Shown piece by piece: positions 31,136 through 41,445 of a stretch of DNA of 64,000 nt. Position 1 is the stretch's first letter. The number at the start of each line of letters is the position of its first letter. Under the pieces are notes generated by a model. It was given only the letters and a program-made list of their open reading frames with translations. It searched no databases and was not told the origin of the DNA. Location of the stretch: positions 286 through 64,285 of the forward strand of contig QQRW01000018.1 of assembly GCA_003602605.1 (NCBI GenBank), in the 5' to 3' direction. The DNA is from Candidatus Poseidoniales archaeon. Lineage in GTDB: Archaea > Thermoplasmatota > Poseidoniia > Poseidoniales > Poseidoniaceae. Made by a program: the position numbers and the translations under genes.

Positions 31136-32143
31136 ATGGCGAAAGGAAACGACTGGGAAGACGAGTTGGGCTCCAACAAACGCCAGCGTAAACGCCGTCG
31201 CCAGAATAAACAAGCTCGAAAAAAGAACTCTTCAGAGCAGAGCATGGATGAAGACTATGCAAAGAGCGAACAAGACCACTTTCTCAGCAACCTTGAGGCA
31301 AAATCCGGTGCTTTCAACTGGATGAAGGAAGACCGTTACAAGCGAATGTTTCGCGACATAGAATCCAAGATTCAAGGTGCGTTAGGAACTGGGACATACG
31401 ATTGGGTTGACCGACGAGTATTCGACCAGGTTTTTGACAGAATGACCCTCATGTCTCTGTACAAATTGATGAAAGCCGGTACGATTGACACCCTCGATTT
31501 CCCAATCGCTCGAGGTAAGGAAGCTCACGTCTTCCACGCAACAGACATTGACGGCAAAGTCGTAGCTGTGAAGATTTTCCATACCTCCAATGCCGTTTTC
31601 AAGAATCTGATTCAGTACATCGAAGGTGATCGCAGATTTGGCGGCCTACGACGCCGACACCGCGATCTTGTTGACATCTGGGTTCGAAAGGAGCACCGTA
31701 ATTTGTCACGTCTTTCACGTTGGGGATTGAATGTACCTCGCCCGCTTGGCATACACAAGAATGTCCTCGTGATGGAGTATGTAGGAAACAATGTATCAGC
31801 ATCGCCTAAACTCCGTGAGGTGAAAGTTGATGACTCCGAAAGTGTCTTCAAAGATTTGTTGGAATTTTTGGCAATTTGTTGGCAAAAAGCAAACTTAGTC
31901 CATGGAGATTTTTCGCCGTACAATATTCTCTGGCACGACGGAAGAGCCATGGTTATCGATGTCGGCCAAGCGGTCATCCAAACCCACCCTAAAGCACAGG
32001 AGTTCCTCGTTCGCGATGTCACTCGTTTGGTCGAGTGGGGTAAGAAAAACGGAGTAAAAATGGAACTCGCTGAAGCAATGTTTGAGGTGCTCAACATGAA
32101 CCTCGACCACATTCAGCAGCAGATGTTTTCTGAAGAGGAATAA
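31136..32143 (+). CDS. rio1: RIO1 family atypical Ser/Thr kinase
   Basis: GKEAHVF, AVKIF, YIEGD.RF, W..KE..NL, LVHGDFSPYNIL and IDVGQAV...HP.A.EFL.RD. Confidence 0.95.
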   Translation: MAKGNDWEDELGSNKRQRKRRRQNKQARKKNSSEQSMDEDYAKSEQDHFLSNLEAKSGAFNWMKEDRYKRMFRDIESKIQGALGTGTYDWVDRRVFDQVFDRMTLMSLYKLMKAGTIDTLDFPIARGKEAHVFHATDIDGKVVAVKIFHTSNAVFKNLIQYIEGDRRFGGLRRRHRDLVDIWVRKEHRNLSRLSRWGLNVPRPLGIHKNVLVMEYVGNNVSASPKLREVKVDDSESVFKDLLEFLAICWQKANLVHGDFSPYNILWHDGRAMVIDVGQAVIQTHPKAQEFLVRDVTRLVEWGKKNGVKMELAEAMFEVLNMNLDHIQQQMFSEEE

Positions 32144-32890
32144 TCACTCTTCGCCCCAACTGACTTCTTCATCTTCTGCAAGTTCCATCATTTCGATGAC
32201 AGCTTCTTCGTCTTCCGGGTCAACTTGGGCTGCACGCATGCGTCGATTCCGTCGTTCAGAGAGGTCAGATAAGCCAGGTACGAGTCCTTCAAATCCAGTG
32301 GAAGGGGCAGTTGTGTCCTCGCGTATTTCGATGCTGTCAAGTTGACGATTTACGATTCGAGACCGTCTTCGATCCCGTTCGAGGAAGTTGAGTACGGTCC
32401 CATGTTCTGCCCCACCGGCAATCATTTCGATAGCTTGACGGGCAGCGGAAAGGCCTTCTTCTTCACCGACCAATACAACCGTAGAATTGTAAATGGTGAT
32501 TTGAGTGTCGGTTAATCCCTCGATGAGTTTGCGGATTTTCCCTTGGCTTCCAATAATACGCCCGCGGATTCTGCGTTGTTGATTCGATCTTTTACCAACG
32601 AATTTTCGGATATCAACAAGTTCGAAAAAGTGGTTGTCTTCAAGCAACTGAATTGCCGCTTTCGGAGCCATACCTCTGCCGATAGCTTTGATGACGTTTG
32701 GAAATTTCATTGCTTTGACAGGATCATAAGTGCCAGGCTCTCCCCAAACAACTTCGACATCACCGGTTTCGGAGTCGATGTTGAATTCCTCGCATCCTGA
32801 TGCGGTTCGGAGGGACTTCGCAGTCGCTCCTTTTGAACCAATAAGCACCGCGATGCGGTTCATTGGTACACGAGGCAGTGGCTGGCGCAT
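32144..32890 (-). CDS. KH-domain rRNA-processing protein (Pno1/Dim2/Krr1 family)
   Basis: RIAVLIGSKG, KAIGRG and RGRIIG..GK.R..IE KH motifs; GAEHGTV..FLE; start taken at ATG 32890. Confidence 0.9.
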   Translation of the reverse strand: MRQPLPRVPMNRIAVLIGSKGATAKSLRTASGCEEFNIDSETGDVEVVWGEPGTYDPVKAMKFPNVIKAIGRGMAPKAAIQLLEDNHFFELVDIRKFVGKRSNQQRRIRGRIIGSQGKIRKLIEGLTDTQITIYNSTVVLVGEEEGLSAARQAIEMIAGGAEHGTVLNFLERDRRRSRIVNRQLDSIEIREDTTAPSTGFEGLVPGLSDLSERRNRRMRAAQVDPEDEEAVIEMMELAEDEEVSWGEE

Positions 32891-32915
32891 GGCTAATCCT
32901 ACAGCCGACCTCTTT

Positions 32916-34721
32916 TCAATCTCTTGTTCGGCGTTGGAATACACTGATGGCAAAACCAGCCAAGAGAAGAAGCATTACTGACGGAGCAAAAGACGGCACT
33001 AATCCTGGTGAACCGATCGAAGCGCCAGTAACGACCATGTGGTTGTAATTGTTACCTTCGTCGTACTCATCGATGACGTTCACGTAGTCGATGACCAGGC
33101 GTAGGTCGAACTGTCCGGTTTTCGGAACTGTGTAGTTCCAAATAAGCAACTCTTCACGGTCGGCGAGCGAGTTCGTTTCCAAAGTTCGTGATTCCATTAC
33201 AGTCCATGATACGGATGAGGTTCGGTCAGCCGGTGCTGATTCAAGCCGTACAACGACGCTTCCACCATAATCTTGGTTGCTTTCCAGCAGGCTCGTGATT
33301 GTAACATTACCATCAGTTTCTCCCGGTCGAACAATCTGTCGGTCAAGATTGGTTTCTGTTGCGTTCCAGTACAGATCAAGGCCTGGAAGGATTTGGTAAG
33401 CGCTTGGATTGGATGTGTATTCATTTCCAGCATTGTCAACAACGATTGCCCGGAACATCAAGTATTGACGCGATTTTGTGGCCCAGCTGGCGAGTCCAAT
33501 TGAGCCGGTAAGCCCCGGTGAGCTCATTTGCAACCAGTTACCGGAGAGGTCAGGAGTTTGTCCAACACCGTTTGAGTCGAAACCGAATTGGATGTATGAG
33601 TTGGATGAATCAATTCCCGAGCCGTCGTCTACGGCATTGAATTGAACATTCGCCGGACCGATGCGACTTGTGGTTAACTCATCGACGGCCCATCCAATCG
33701 ACACTGGAAGTGTGTCATCGATTCGGATTTCGACCAAGGTAGTGGCACCAATGTTACCGACTCTGTCAATAGCGCGAACTGAGACGGTGTGGTTGCCTTC
33801 TGCAAGGCTAAGTTGGACGGAATCAGAAGTCGTTGTGTTCCATACCACGCCGTCCAATGAATATTCAGCGGATGCAACACCGCTGCCTTGACCATCATCG
33901 GCGTTGTTGATGAGACCACTCAAGGTGACATCGGTTGATTTTTGCCAGTTTGAGCCGTCTCCGACTGTAACTGATGAAAGCGTAGGTCCCGTTCTGTCGA
34001 TACCGACAAACATTGTCTTGGTTGCAGATAGACTCGAACTGTCGTAAACAGTGAGACGTGAGTTCCACGTTCCTTCCGCCATGGCGCCACTGCTCCAATC
34101 CCATCCATAGGCAAGGTTTCCAGGTCCGTCGTTTGCTGGTGCTCCTGGACCAGGTACATTGGTAATTGTCGCATAGCTGAGGTCGTCATCGCTTGCGCCC
34201 CAACGGTAGGCCAATGTTCCGTCCGTTGGGATACTAAACCATGCTCTGTCCGAAGCCGATGTGCCGGTTCCAGCAGCTGCATTGAGTGCTGTGAAAATTG
34301 TGATTACTGGGACTTGATTGACGATGTTGAAGGTGCCTGATGTTGCAACAACAGATTCGTTGACATCATCATCCCATGCTGTCGCTCGAAGGCTGTAAGA
34401 GCCGTTGGTATAACTTGTTGAGTCAAAGTAGGTTAACCATGGCGTAGTCGTGAGGTTGGTAACCGTTGTCCAACTGCTTCCATCACTGGAAATTTCTATG
34501 AGGATGGATGACACATTTGCCTCACCGCTCATCGAAAACGACAGGCTGAGCAGCCCAGTTACATCCTGATTTTGAGTCGGACCGTTTGAGAAACCCAGTG
34601 TTAAATCTGAGTTTGTGAAAAGGTTGGTTTTCGAATCGTCGAGTTCGAGATGAACTGTAGGAGTTGTACTCATGAATAGGAGAAGTACGACGAGAACCAC
34701 ACTCGGCCAACTCCTTCCCAT
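32916..34721 (-). CDS. Secreted Ig-like/CARDB surface protein with PGF-CTERM-like tail
   Basis: Signal peptide; Ig-like units (GSGVASAEYSLDG, V.VRA.D..GN); EYDEGNN; tail VPSF + TM + QRRTRD. Confidence 0.78.
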   Translation of the reverse strand: MGRSWPSVVLVVLLLFMSTTPTVHLELDDSKTNLFTNSDLTLGFSNGPTQNQDVTGLLSLSFSMSGEANVSSILIEISSDGSSWTTVTNLTTTPWLTYFDSTSYTNGSYSLRATAWDDDVNESVVATSGTFNIVNQVPVITIFTALNAAAGTGTSASDRAWFSIPTDGTLAYRWGASDDDLSYATITNVPGPGAPANDGPGNLAYGWDWSSGAMAEGTWNSRLTVYDSSSLSATKTMFVGIDRTGPTLSSVTVGDGSNWQKSTDVTLSGLINNADDGQGSGVASAEYSLDGVVWNTTTSDSVQLSLAEGNHTVSVRAIDRVGNIGATTLVEIRIDDTLPVSIGWAVDELTTSRIGPANVQFNAVDDGSGIDSSNSYIQFGFDSNGVGQTPDLSGNWLQMSSPGLTGSIGLASWATKSRQYLMFRAIVVDNAGNEYTSNPSAYQILPGLDLYWNATETNLDRQIVRPGETDGNVTITSLLESNQDYGGSVVVRLESAPADRTSSVSWTVMESRTLETNSLADREELLIWNYTVPKTGQFDLRLVIDYVNVIDEYDEGNNYNHMVVTGASIGSPGLVPSFAPSVMLLLLAGFAISVFQRRTRD

Positions 34722-34914
34722 GATGCTGTGACGGGTGCGGTTATCCTTGAATGCTCCCCTTGATATGGGTCGTTTCTCGTCAAATGAGTTCTGTCTTTTT
34801 CACATCAGTCATGTATTACCTCTCACGGAGCAGACGAATCTTTGCCTTGAAGTGGTTTTTTTTCATGGCTCGCAGAGATGGGTTCAAGTGCTCCGCAGGT
34901 TGTCGAATACCTAC

Positions 34915-37716
34915 ATGGCAAGCGCGTGGAAGCCGATATTGGCAATTCTTCTCCTCTGTATAGCATCGGTTCCGATGCCTGTATCAGCGGAGCAAAGCGG
35001 TTCGATTCAGGCAAGTCCGAGTACGGTTGCCCTACTTCCAGCCAATCCTGTTGCAGGTGGTTCGGTCACGATTAACCTGCAATTGTACAACAGCGGCAAC
35101 TATGCGACAGATGTCGAATACTCATTTTATCGTGATTCGAGAGGTCCTGACCAACTTCTCAAAGAAGCCACGATTGATATCGATACAGAAACCTCTGCGC
35201 AGGTTTCAGCAGTGTGGAACGGACTCACTGAAGGTGATCACGAGGTTCATATCACTTTCGAACATCCTCGAAACTCTGGTAACGAAGCGCATTTCTGGGT
35301 TGACTTTACCGTTACCGGGCTTCCGAACCTCAAGGTAACGCAAACTGAACTTACACCAGCGACTGGAATTTTCTCAGGAGACACTGTTATGCTTTCTTCA
35401 CTTGTCCGAAATGTAGGCAGTGAACCTGCAGTCTCAAGTATCCTTCACATCGACTTACCCGGTTCGAGCGACTTGGATCTCACAACTCCGCCTCTTGACG
35501 CAGGGGCAACAGAATGGGTCAACACAACTTTTACCGCTCCTGAAAGTGGCTCACACATACTCTATGTTACGCCGGATTACCAAGATGCAGTTCAGGAGTC
35601 ATCAGAATTCAACAAAGTGATAGAAGTTCCACTCGTTGTTGATACTCGGATGGATGTTTTCCACATTGGAGAACTAACAGTAGACATTGCCGAAGGGGCT
35701 CTTCAAGGCCCGTGGGTGGTTTCAGGAAAACTCGGCCGAACCAATGGTACCGGTTTATCGGATGTACCAATGTGGCTCCAAATTTCAAGTCTAACCGGTC
35801 AATTGGTTACAACTGCGCCATTTAGCGTGCCGTTGAGTGGAACAGGATATGCTGAATCGACGTGGAGCCATACCCTTACCGCTGCTGAACTCGATGGACT
35901 ACCTGCCGGTATGCATACCATCACTGCTAAGATTGACCCGTTCTCGAATGCTGCTTTTACACAAGAGTCAACAGATAACGACGAGGTTTCAAGCACCCTC
36001 TCTAAGTTTGAGGTGCCTGATGTATTCGTTGATGCGAACGCTATCGCCTCATCCCCATCGGTAAACTCCGGAGATTCGGTTGAATGGCGTGTAAGTATGA
36101 TCAATACTGGCGATATTCGTGTTTCTGGTCGATTACACTACACATGGGAAGGGACAACTGAAACCTCTCCGATTATCTATCTCGATTCCGGTCAAGATTA
36201 CACCTGGGTCGTTGAACTCACCACCGCTATTGGTGCACACCAGGCTGACTTCGAGGCTCAGTGGGTCGCTTCTTCAAACAGTTGGGACTCAAACCCCTTG
36301 AACAGCGTTGCAACCGGTACGGTCTCCGTAGAAGCAAATTTACGTCTTAGCTGGGCTCTCTCAACCCTCGAAGTGACCGATTCAGAAGGTTCGGCATTCA
36401 CACTCCCAATGACTCAAGGAAACGATTATTCCCTTACCATCGATTTGACCAGTACTGCTACTGGTTCACTAACTTATGATTGTGTAGATGGCAACGATGA
36501 ACTCATTAGCACAGTTACTGCTGAAGTTGTGAACCTCGGAGACAAGGTCACGCTTACATGTGATTTTACCGCAGTAGCCCCGTCTACTGTCGTGCGATTG
36601 GTGCCCTCGGATTCAACGATTTCAAACACCTTTACGCGGACATTCTCTACCGTACTAAGCGGAGATGAAATTGATGATATGAATTCCAATTCTGAACTTG
36701 GGACGTTCACGCTGATTGGGTTCGTTGCCGTTATTCTCATAGCTATCCTGGCAATTTCAGTGTTTTTGACCCGTGAATCAGAGGAAGAAGTTGAACGTGA
36801 CATTTTCGAGTACTGCCCAGCATGCGATGGTGAACTCGAAGGTGATGAAGACCGATGCCCTCATTGTTCATTCAATCTCAAGAAGGCGAGAAAGCAATTC
36901 CATGATTGCAATGAATGTGGCGAATCGATTCCAGATTTACTCGACAATTGTGTCTATTGCGGTGCTGAACAAGACGTCTCCTCCTTCTTTGAGAAGCGAG
37001 AACGTAAGGAACGCACGGTCAAAGAAACGGTTGCTTTGCCTGATGAAATTGACGAAGACGCTATCGTTACAGGAACCGAGAACTTTGCTCAAGCTGTGAA
37101 AGAGTTTGGATTTGATGAAGATGAACTTGAGTTTGAATGGGATGAGAACATCGCAACTGCTGAAGCGGAAGTCGAAGCCGCTTATGATCGTCGAAACGCT
37201 GACGAAATTCTGCGTGAGGACATGACTGAAGAAGAATTGGAAGCGTACGAAAACACAGTTACAACCACGCTCAAGAGCATGAAGGATCTCAGTGAGAGTT
37301 CAAACGACATCGACGCTATTTTGGCTTCGAAGGGCGAGATTATTGCACACAAGGACGATGGAAAGGATCTTTCAGCAAGCGATGCAGACATTCGTGGTCG
37401 ACTGTATGAGATTACTGGGGAAGACGGAATCATGCCGGGCGACAAAGTGAACGTCGGCATGCAACTGTCAGATTCAGCATTTGCAGGAAACGAAGTAACG
37501 GAAACCACCTCTGATTTCACTGTAATTGACGACGAAAAACCGCTTTCAAAGATCGAAGATTTGGCTCCTAAGGCTGAGAAACCTGCCCGCAGGAGAGGTG
37601 CTCGTCGCAAAGCTGCTGAAGAAGTAAAGCCCGATGTTGCAGAGTGTGGTGCGTGCGGTGCTGATTTGCCGGTTGAAGCTACTGAATGTGGAACCTGTGG
37701 CGCTAAGTTTGAGTGA
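34915..37716 (+). CDS. CARDB-repeat membrane protein with cytoplasmic Zn ribbons and acidic region
   Basis: Signal peptide from MASAWK; CARDB units (LPNLKV, ESSEFN); TM; six CxxC pairs (CPAC, CPHC, CNEC, CVYC, CGAC, CGTC). Confidence 0.85.
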   Translation: MASAWKPILAILLLCIASVPMPVSAEQSGSIQASPSTVALLPANPVAGGSVTINLQLYNSGNYATDVEYSFYRDSRGPDQLLKEATIDIDTETSAQVSAVWNGLTEGDHEVHITFEHPRNSGNEAHFWVDFTVTGLPNLKVTQTELTPATGIFSGDTVMLSSLVRNVGSEPAVSSILHIDLPGSSDLDLTTPPLDAGATEWVNTTFTAPESGSHILYVTPDYQDAVQESSEFNKVIEVPLVVDTRMDVFHIGELTVDIAEGALQGPWVVSGKLGRTNGTGLSDVPMWLQISSLTGQLVTTAPFSVPLSGTGYAESTWSHTLTAAELDGLPAGMHTITAKIDPFSNAAFTQESTDNDEVSSTLSKFEVPDVFVDANAIASSPSVNSGDSVEWRVSMINTGDIRVSGRLHYTWEGTTETSPIIYLDSGQDYTWVVELTTAIGAHQADFEAQWVASSNSWDSNPLNSVATGTVSVEANLRLSWALSTLEVTDSEGSAFTLPMTQGNDYSLTIDLTSTATGSLTYDCVDGNDELISTVTAEVVNLGDKVTLTCDFTAVAPSTVVRLVPSDSTISNTFTRTFSTVLSGDEIDDMNSNSELGTFTLIGFVAVILIAILAISVFLTRESEEEVERDIFEYCPACDGELEGDEDRCPHCSFNLKKARKQFHDCNECGESIPDLLDNCVYCGAEQDVSSFFEKRERKERTVKETVALPDEIDEDAIVTGTENFAQAVKEFGFDEDELEFEWDENIATAEAEVEAAYDRRNADEILREDMTEEELEAYENTVTTTLKSMKDLSESSNDIDAILASKGEIIAHKDDGKDLSASDADIRGRLYEITGEDGIMPGDKVNVGMQLSDSAFAGNEVTETTSDFTVIDDEKPLSKIEDLAPKAEKPARRRGARRKAAEEVKPDVAECGACGADLPVEATECGTCGAKFE

Positions 37717-37863
37717 TGTCCGTCGGCTTTCATAGGGTTCGTCATCGCAGGTGCTCGGCAACCACAAGCGTCATTCGGACAGATCGTGCTGCATCCATTA
37801 GGCTTCAAACCCTCGTATCATTCCGACATTGAATTGATATGTGGGGCGCTCTTGGCATCTACG

Positions 37864-38421
37864 ATGAAGAGCAGTTGGAGTGTACCATTTTTACTGGTCA
37901 TGACACTCTTTCTCAGTTCATTCTCTGGATGTTTAGGGCTTCTCCAATCGAGAGAGTGGTTGGAAGACCGGAGAGATCCCCCGGTTTTGGAAACAAAAAC
38001 AGACAGTTACAAAGAAATCAAAGTATTCAACAATCTGTTTGAATGGGAGGCATATACCAACACGACCTTCATTCCAATCGATGACTCGGTCAGCGAAATT
38101 TCAATTTACAGGAAAGTGCAGATAACCGGAACAGAAGACATCGGATGTTTCGAGAGTTTTACCCGCTATGTGCGTGCTGAGTTGTATACTCCTTCGAATA
38201 ATCTGGTTTGGTCCATTGATGTGTGTCAAGACCTCGGAGCATCGACAGAACCGCTTACTATGGAAGAAGGATCGACTACCTTTGAGAGTGGAAATTGGCG
38301 ATTGGAGATTGATGCACGCGGTGGTGGATTGCAAAATACTGCCTTGCAAGACAATTTCCAAGTCGACGTCAACATCGAGAGAACCTGTTTGACGTATCCA
38401 CTGGAAGATGTTTGTGAATGA
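37864..38421 (+). CDS. Hypothetical lipoprotein
   Basis: MKSSW...LFLSSFSGC lipobox followed by a beta-rich domain (GNWRLEI). Confidence 0.7.
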   Translation: MKSSWSVPFLLVMTLFLSSFSGCLGLLQSREWLEDRRDPPVLETKTDSYKEIKVFNNLFEWEAYTNTTFIPIDDSVSEISIYRKVQITGTEDIGCFESFTRYVRAELYTPSNNLVWSIDVCQDLGASTEPLTMEEGSTTFESGNWRLEIDARGGGLQNTALQDNFQVDVNIERTCLTYPLEDVCE

Positions 38422-38422
38422 T

Positions 38423-39601
38423 TTAGACAAGTGAATCGTTGCAAGCGTATCGCCGAGAACAATTCCTACACTTGCCGGGGCGATCGTGATTACGCGCTGC
38501 ACCACCTTCGACCATGAGCCTCTGAATTTCAAATACGGCATCGAAGAGTTCGTTTTTTGCACTTTCAGTCCAAGGTATCTGGTGCAGGTTTTCACTTCCA
38601 TACCTTAACACGCCATAGGGGGAACTTTTGTTTGTACTTTTTTCGACTAAATGCAGGTATGCAAGGAGCTGCATTCGGTGGCTTGGGTGTGGATTTTTTG
38701 GCACCTTACCCGTTTTCTGCTCGACCGGAATAAACTCGCCATCCACGATGACAATTTGGTCGGGTCTGCCTCGCAGTCCCAGTTTTTCATCGCTGAGAAG
38801 GTTTGAGTCGACATCGTTATCGGAATAGGCTATTTCATCATCCTTTTCCAAGTCAATATCCTTCTTCATCGATTGAAGTTCGTTATCAGATAGCAGTACG
38901 CGCTGGAGTTGCCACGATGCTGCTAAAGTCCAAGTCATTGCGGTAATGAAGAGGATAAAAGTGGCTTGTTCACGGTTATCTGCAGCTGCTAAGGCAATTG
39001 CGTGAAGACCTAAAACGATCGAGCCGAACAGTAAACTTGCCTCAACTCTGCCTGCCTCAAACCAGCCTCCAATGAATCCTTTCGGCTCCCAGAATTGATT
39101 CAAATCATCGCGCTCTTCCAAGAACTTTGTTTTCTGTCGAGGTAGCGTTTCATTGAGTCCAATCCAAGAGCGCCATGGGACCGAAATTGCGATCAGTCCG
39201 GCAATCAATGTCGTTACGCTCCACAAAGCGAGATACCTCGCCATGTAGAGTGGCGTGACTACGTCATCGATGTAATTGAACGCTACAGCGTCAATCGATA
39301 ATGCAATGATGACGGAGAACCACCAAGTCCAGATGGTGACGGAACGACGCATTTGAGTTTGAACCTCTTTGAAATCTTTCATTTTGGAGTGAATTTCTGC
39401 GTGTCTTTTGATTCCGGCGGTGATGGCTTCACCTTGCCCAGAATTTCCTTCCCGGGACAGCGACCATGAAAGCGGGCAATACTCGTGGCGTTCTAAATCG
39501 CTGGCGCTTACTGGTAAAGCAACTCCCTGAGAGTCACGCCAAACACCGTCTTCGGATTGAGTTGCACTCAGTCCACCGATTAGTCCAGTGCTCTCTGTCA
39601 T
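38423..39601 (-). CDS. Solo Cas4-like PD-(D/E)XK nuclease with four inserted TM helices
   Basis: SASDLERHEYCP, G..RH, GLRGRPD, PVEQKTG, QLLAY and CRNCSRRYAC; four hydrophobic segments inside the fold; GGGAGG before ATG 39601. Confidence 0.85.
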   Translation of the reverse strand: MTESTGLIGGLSATQSEDGVWRDSQGVALPVSASDLERHEYCPLSWSLSREGNSGQGEAITAGIKRHAEIHSKMKDFKEVQTQMRRSVTIWTWWFSVIIALSIDAVAFNYIDDVVTPLYMARYLALWSVTTLIAGLIAISVPWRSWIGLNETLPRQKTKFLEERDDLNQFWEPKGFIGGWFEAGRVEASLLFGSIVLGLHAIALAAADNREQATFILFITAMTWTLAASWQLQRVLLSDNELQSMKKDIDLEKDDEIAYSDNDVDSNLLSDEKLGLRGRPDQIVIVDGEFIPVEQKTGKVPKNPHPSHRMQLLAYLHLVEKSTNKSSPYGVLRYGSENLHQIPWTESAKNELFDAVFEIQRLMVEGGAARNHDRPGKCRNCSRRYACNDSLV

Positions 39602-39753
39602 TTGCAACCCCCCTCCCATTGAACACCTTCGCTTTACCTCTTGAGTTCTTCCTAGGTAATCCCGCCCAAATTACCCAATGGTTCGTCTGTATTTCGTTCC
39701 GATACTCTACGAACCGCTTTAATATGGAGTCCAAGTCGGACGACTGCTGAGGA

Positions 39754-40368
39754 ATGACCATGTCCGAAGAATCGAACTTACTCTTGCCCTTCGAATCGTA
39801 TGAAGAGAACGCAGTCAACATTGGTACTCAACAGAAGAGTGCTGACATGGCTCGATTCATCGAACGTGTTCGTGAAGACGGATTGTACCTCCTTGATGTT
39901 AATATGACCGACTCTCGTATTCGCTCCATCGCACAATTCCTCAACAAGTACGATGCAGGAAGAATCATGGTCGTTTCTGCTCGTCAATACGGCCAACGCC
40001 CTGCTCGTCTTTTCTCAGAAGCAATTGGGGCTAACGCTGCAGTAGGTCGTTTCATTCCTGGTTCCCTTACCAACCCAGTTCTTCGTTCATATGTTGAGCC
40101 GGATGTCCTGTTCGTCACTGACCCAGCTGCAGACCAACAAGCACTTCGAGAAGCAGTCAACTCCGGATTGCCAATTGTCGGCATTGTTGATGCGAACAAC
40201 AACCTCCGAAACGTCGATGTTGCTCTACCAGCAAACAACAAGGGACGCCGTTCTCTTGCACTTGTTTACTGGCTCTTGGCTCGTGAAGTCCTCAAGGTAC
40301 GTGGTGAAACAACCGACGAAGATTGGGCAGCTTCCCAAGATTTGGAAGACTGGCAATCCACCTTCTGA
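39754..40368 (+). CDS. rps2: 30S ribosomal protein uS2 (archaeal type)
   Basis: IGTQQK..DM..FI, GRFIPGSLTNP, VTDP..D.QA..EA and PANNKGRRSL...YWLLAREVL. Confidence 0.97.
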   Translation: MTMSEESNLLLPFESYEENAVNIGTQQKSADMARFIERVREDGLYLLDVNMTDSRIRSIAQFLNKYDAGRIMVVSARQYGQRPARLFSEAIGANAAVGRFIPGSLTNPVLRSYVEPDVLFVTDPAADQQALREAVNSGLPIVGIVDANNNLRNVDVALPANNKGRRSLALVYWLLAREVLKVRGETTDEDWAASQDLEDWQSTF

Positions 40369-40398
40369 GACGTTTTAACCCTGCTTCGCTGCAGAACA

Positions 40399-41427
40399 TC
40401 ACTCGTTGGCTGCTAAATATGTCGATATTGCATCAGCGAACGCTTCAGGCGTAGGAGCACCGTGCATCAAGTTTCGAATCTTCTTCGCACCGGGTAGTCC
40501 CTTGGTGAATGCGACAGCATGTCGCTGCATCCAACGAGGCTGTAAGCCAACGCTTTGATGAGAATAATCGATGTATTTGTCCCAACACCATTTACGGGTG
40601 GCAAAAGCCTGTCCGATCGCTGAGCGTTCGTACCATTCATCACCAAGGTCTTGAATCCATGGTAAATCCTCTTCTTTCATCCAACCAAGTCCCACTTTAA
40701 TGTCTCCAAAAATCGACGGTCGGCCTATTGCACCTCTTCCAATCATCAGCCCGGCAGCGTGCGTAGTCTCAAGGCATAATTTTGCGCTCTTGGCGTCAAC
40801 TACATCCCCGTTGGCAATGACTGGAACTTCAACAGCCTCAACAATGCGCTTGATTTCGTTCCAATCTGCCTCGCCAGAATATCGCTGACGCAGGGTTCGG
40901 CCGTGAACACACAATCGTGAAGTGCCGATGTCCTCAAGTTCTTTGCAAATCTCAAATGCATTGTTTGCACCCTGTCCAGTGCCAAGCCGCATCTTTGCAG
41001 TCACTGGAATATCCACACGTTGTATTATTCCATCAACCATGGAGACCAGATTTTCTGGTTCTCCCATCAGTGCTGCACCCGCACATATCTTGGTAACTTT
41101 AGGAGCAGGGCAACCAAAGTTGAGATCGATAATGTCAGCGCTTGATTCAAGCATTTCTGCGGCAGTTGCCATGTCTCCTGCATCTCCTCCAAATATTTGA
41201 GGAATGAAAGGAACTTCCTTTTCGTGCGATTCCATTTTTCTCCATGACATAGCAGCCTCACGCGATAAGGCAGTGCTGTTGGTGAATTCTGTAATCGTGA
41301 CATCAGCGCCACATTCTTTGGCAAGTAATCGGAACGGAAGGTCAGATACTCCAGCCATCGGAGCGAGAAAGAGAAGACGGGATTCACCCTCCCATGTGCC
41401 AGGTTTAGCACCGATGTGTTCACTCAT
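40399..41427 (-). CDS. dus: tRNA-dihydrouridine synthase (DusB-like)
   Basis: LAPMAGVSDLPFR, DLNFGCP, K.RLG, VHGRT, IANGD and MIGRGA. Confidence 0.93.
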   Translation of the reverse strand: MSEHIGAKPGTWEGESRLLFLAPMAGVSDLPFRLLAKECGADVTITEFTNSTALSREAAMSWRKMESHEKEVPFIPQIFGGDAGDMATAAEMLESSADIIDLNFGCPAPKVTKICAGAALMGEPENLVSMVDGIIQRVDIPVTAKMRLGTGQGANNAFEICKELEDIGTSRLCVHGRTLRQRYSGEADWNEIKRIVEAVEVPVIANGDVVDAKSAKLCLETTHAAGLMIGRGAIGRPSIFGDIKVGLGWMKEEDLPWIQDLGDEWYERSAIGQAFATRKWCWDKYIDYSHQSVGLQPRWMQRHAVAFTKGLPGAKKIRNLMHGAPTPEAFADAISTYLAANE

Positions 41428-41445
41428 ATTCTCACGACCTCTGCT

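Noticed and set aside
30655-31262. His/Arg-, Ser-, Met/Thr- and Ile/Val-rich alternative-frame ORFs
   Set aside because: Shadows of the GAY-rich poly-Asp repeats of aIF-1A.
38423-39601. CRISPR-Cas locus
   Set aside because: Only a solo Cas4-like gene; no cas1/cas2 or repeat-spacer array seen in the window.
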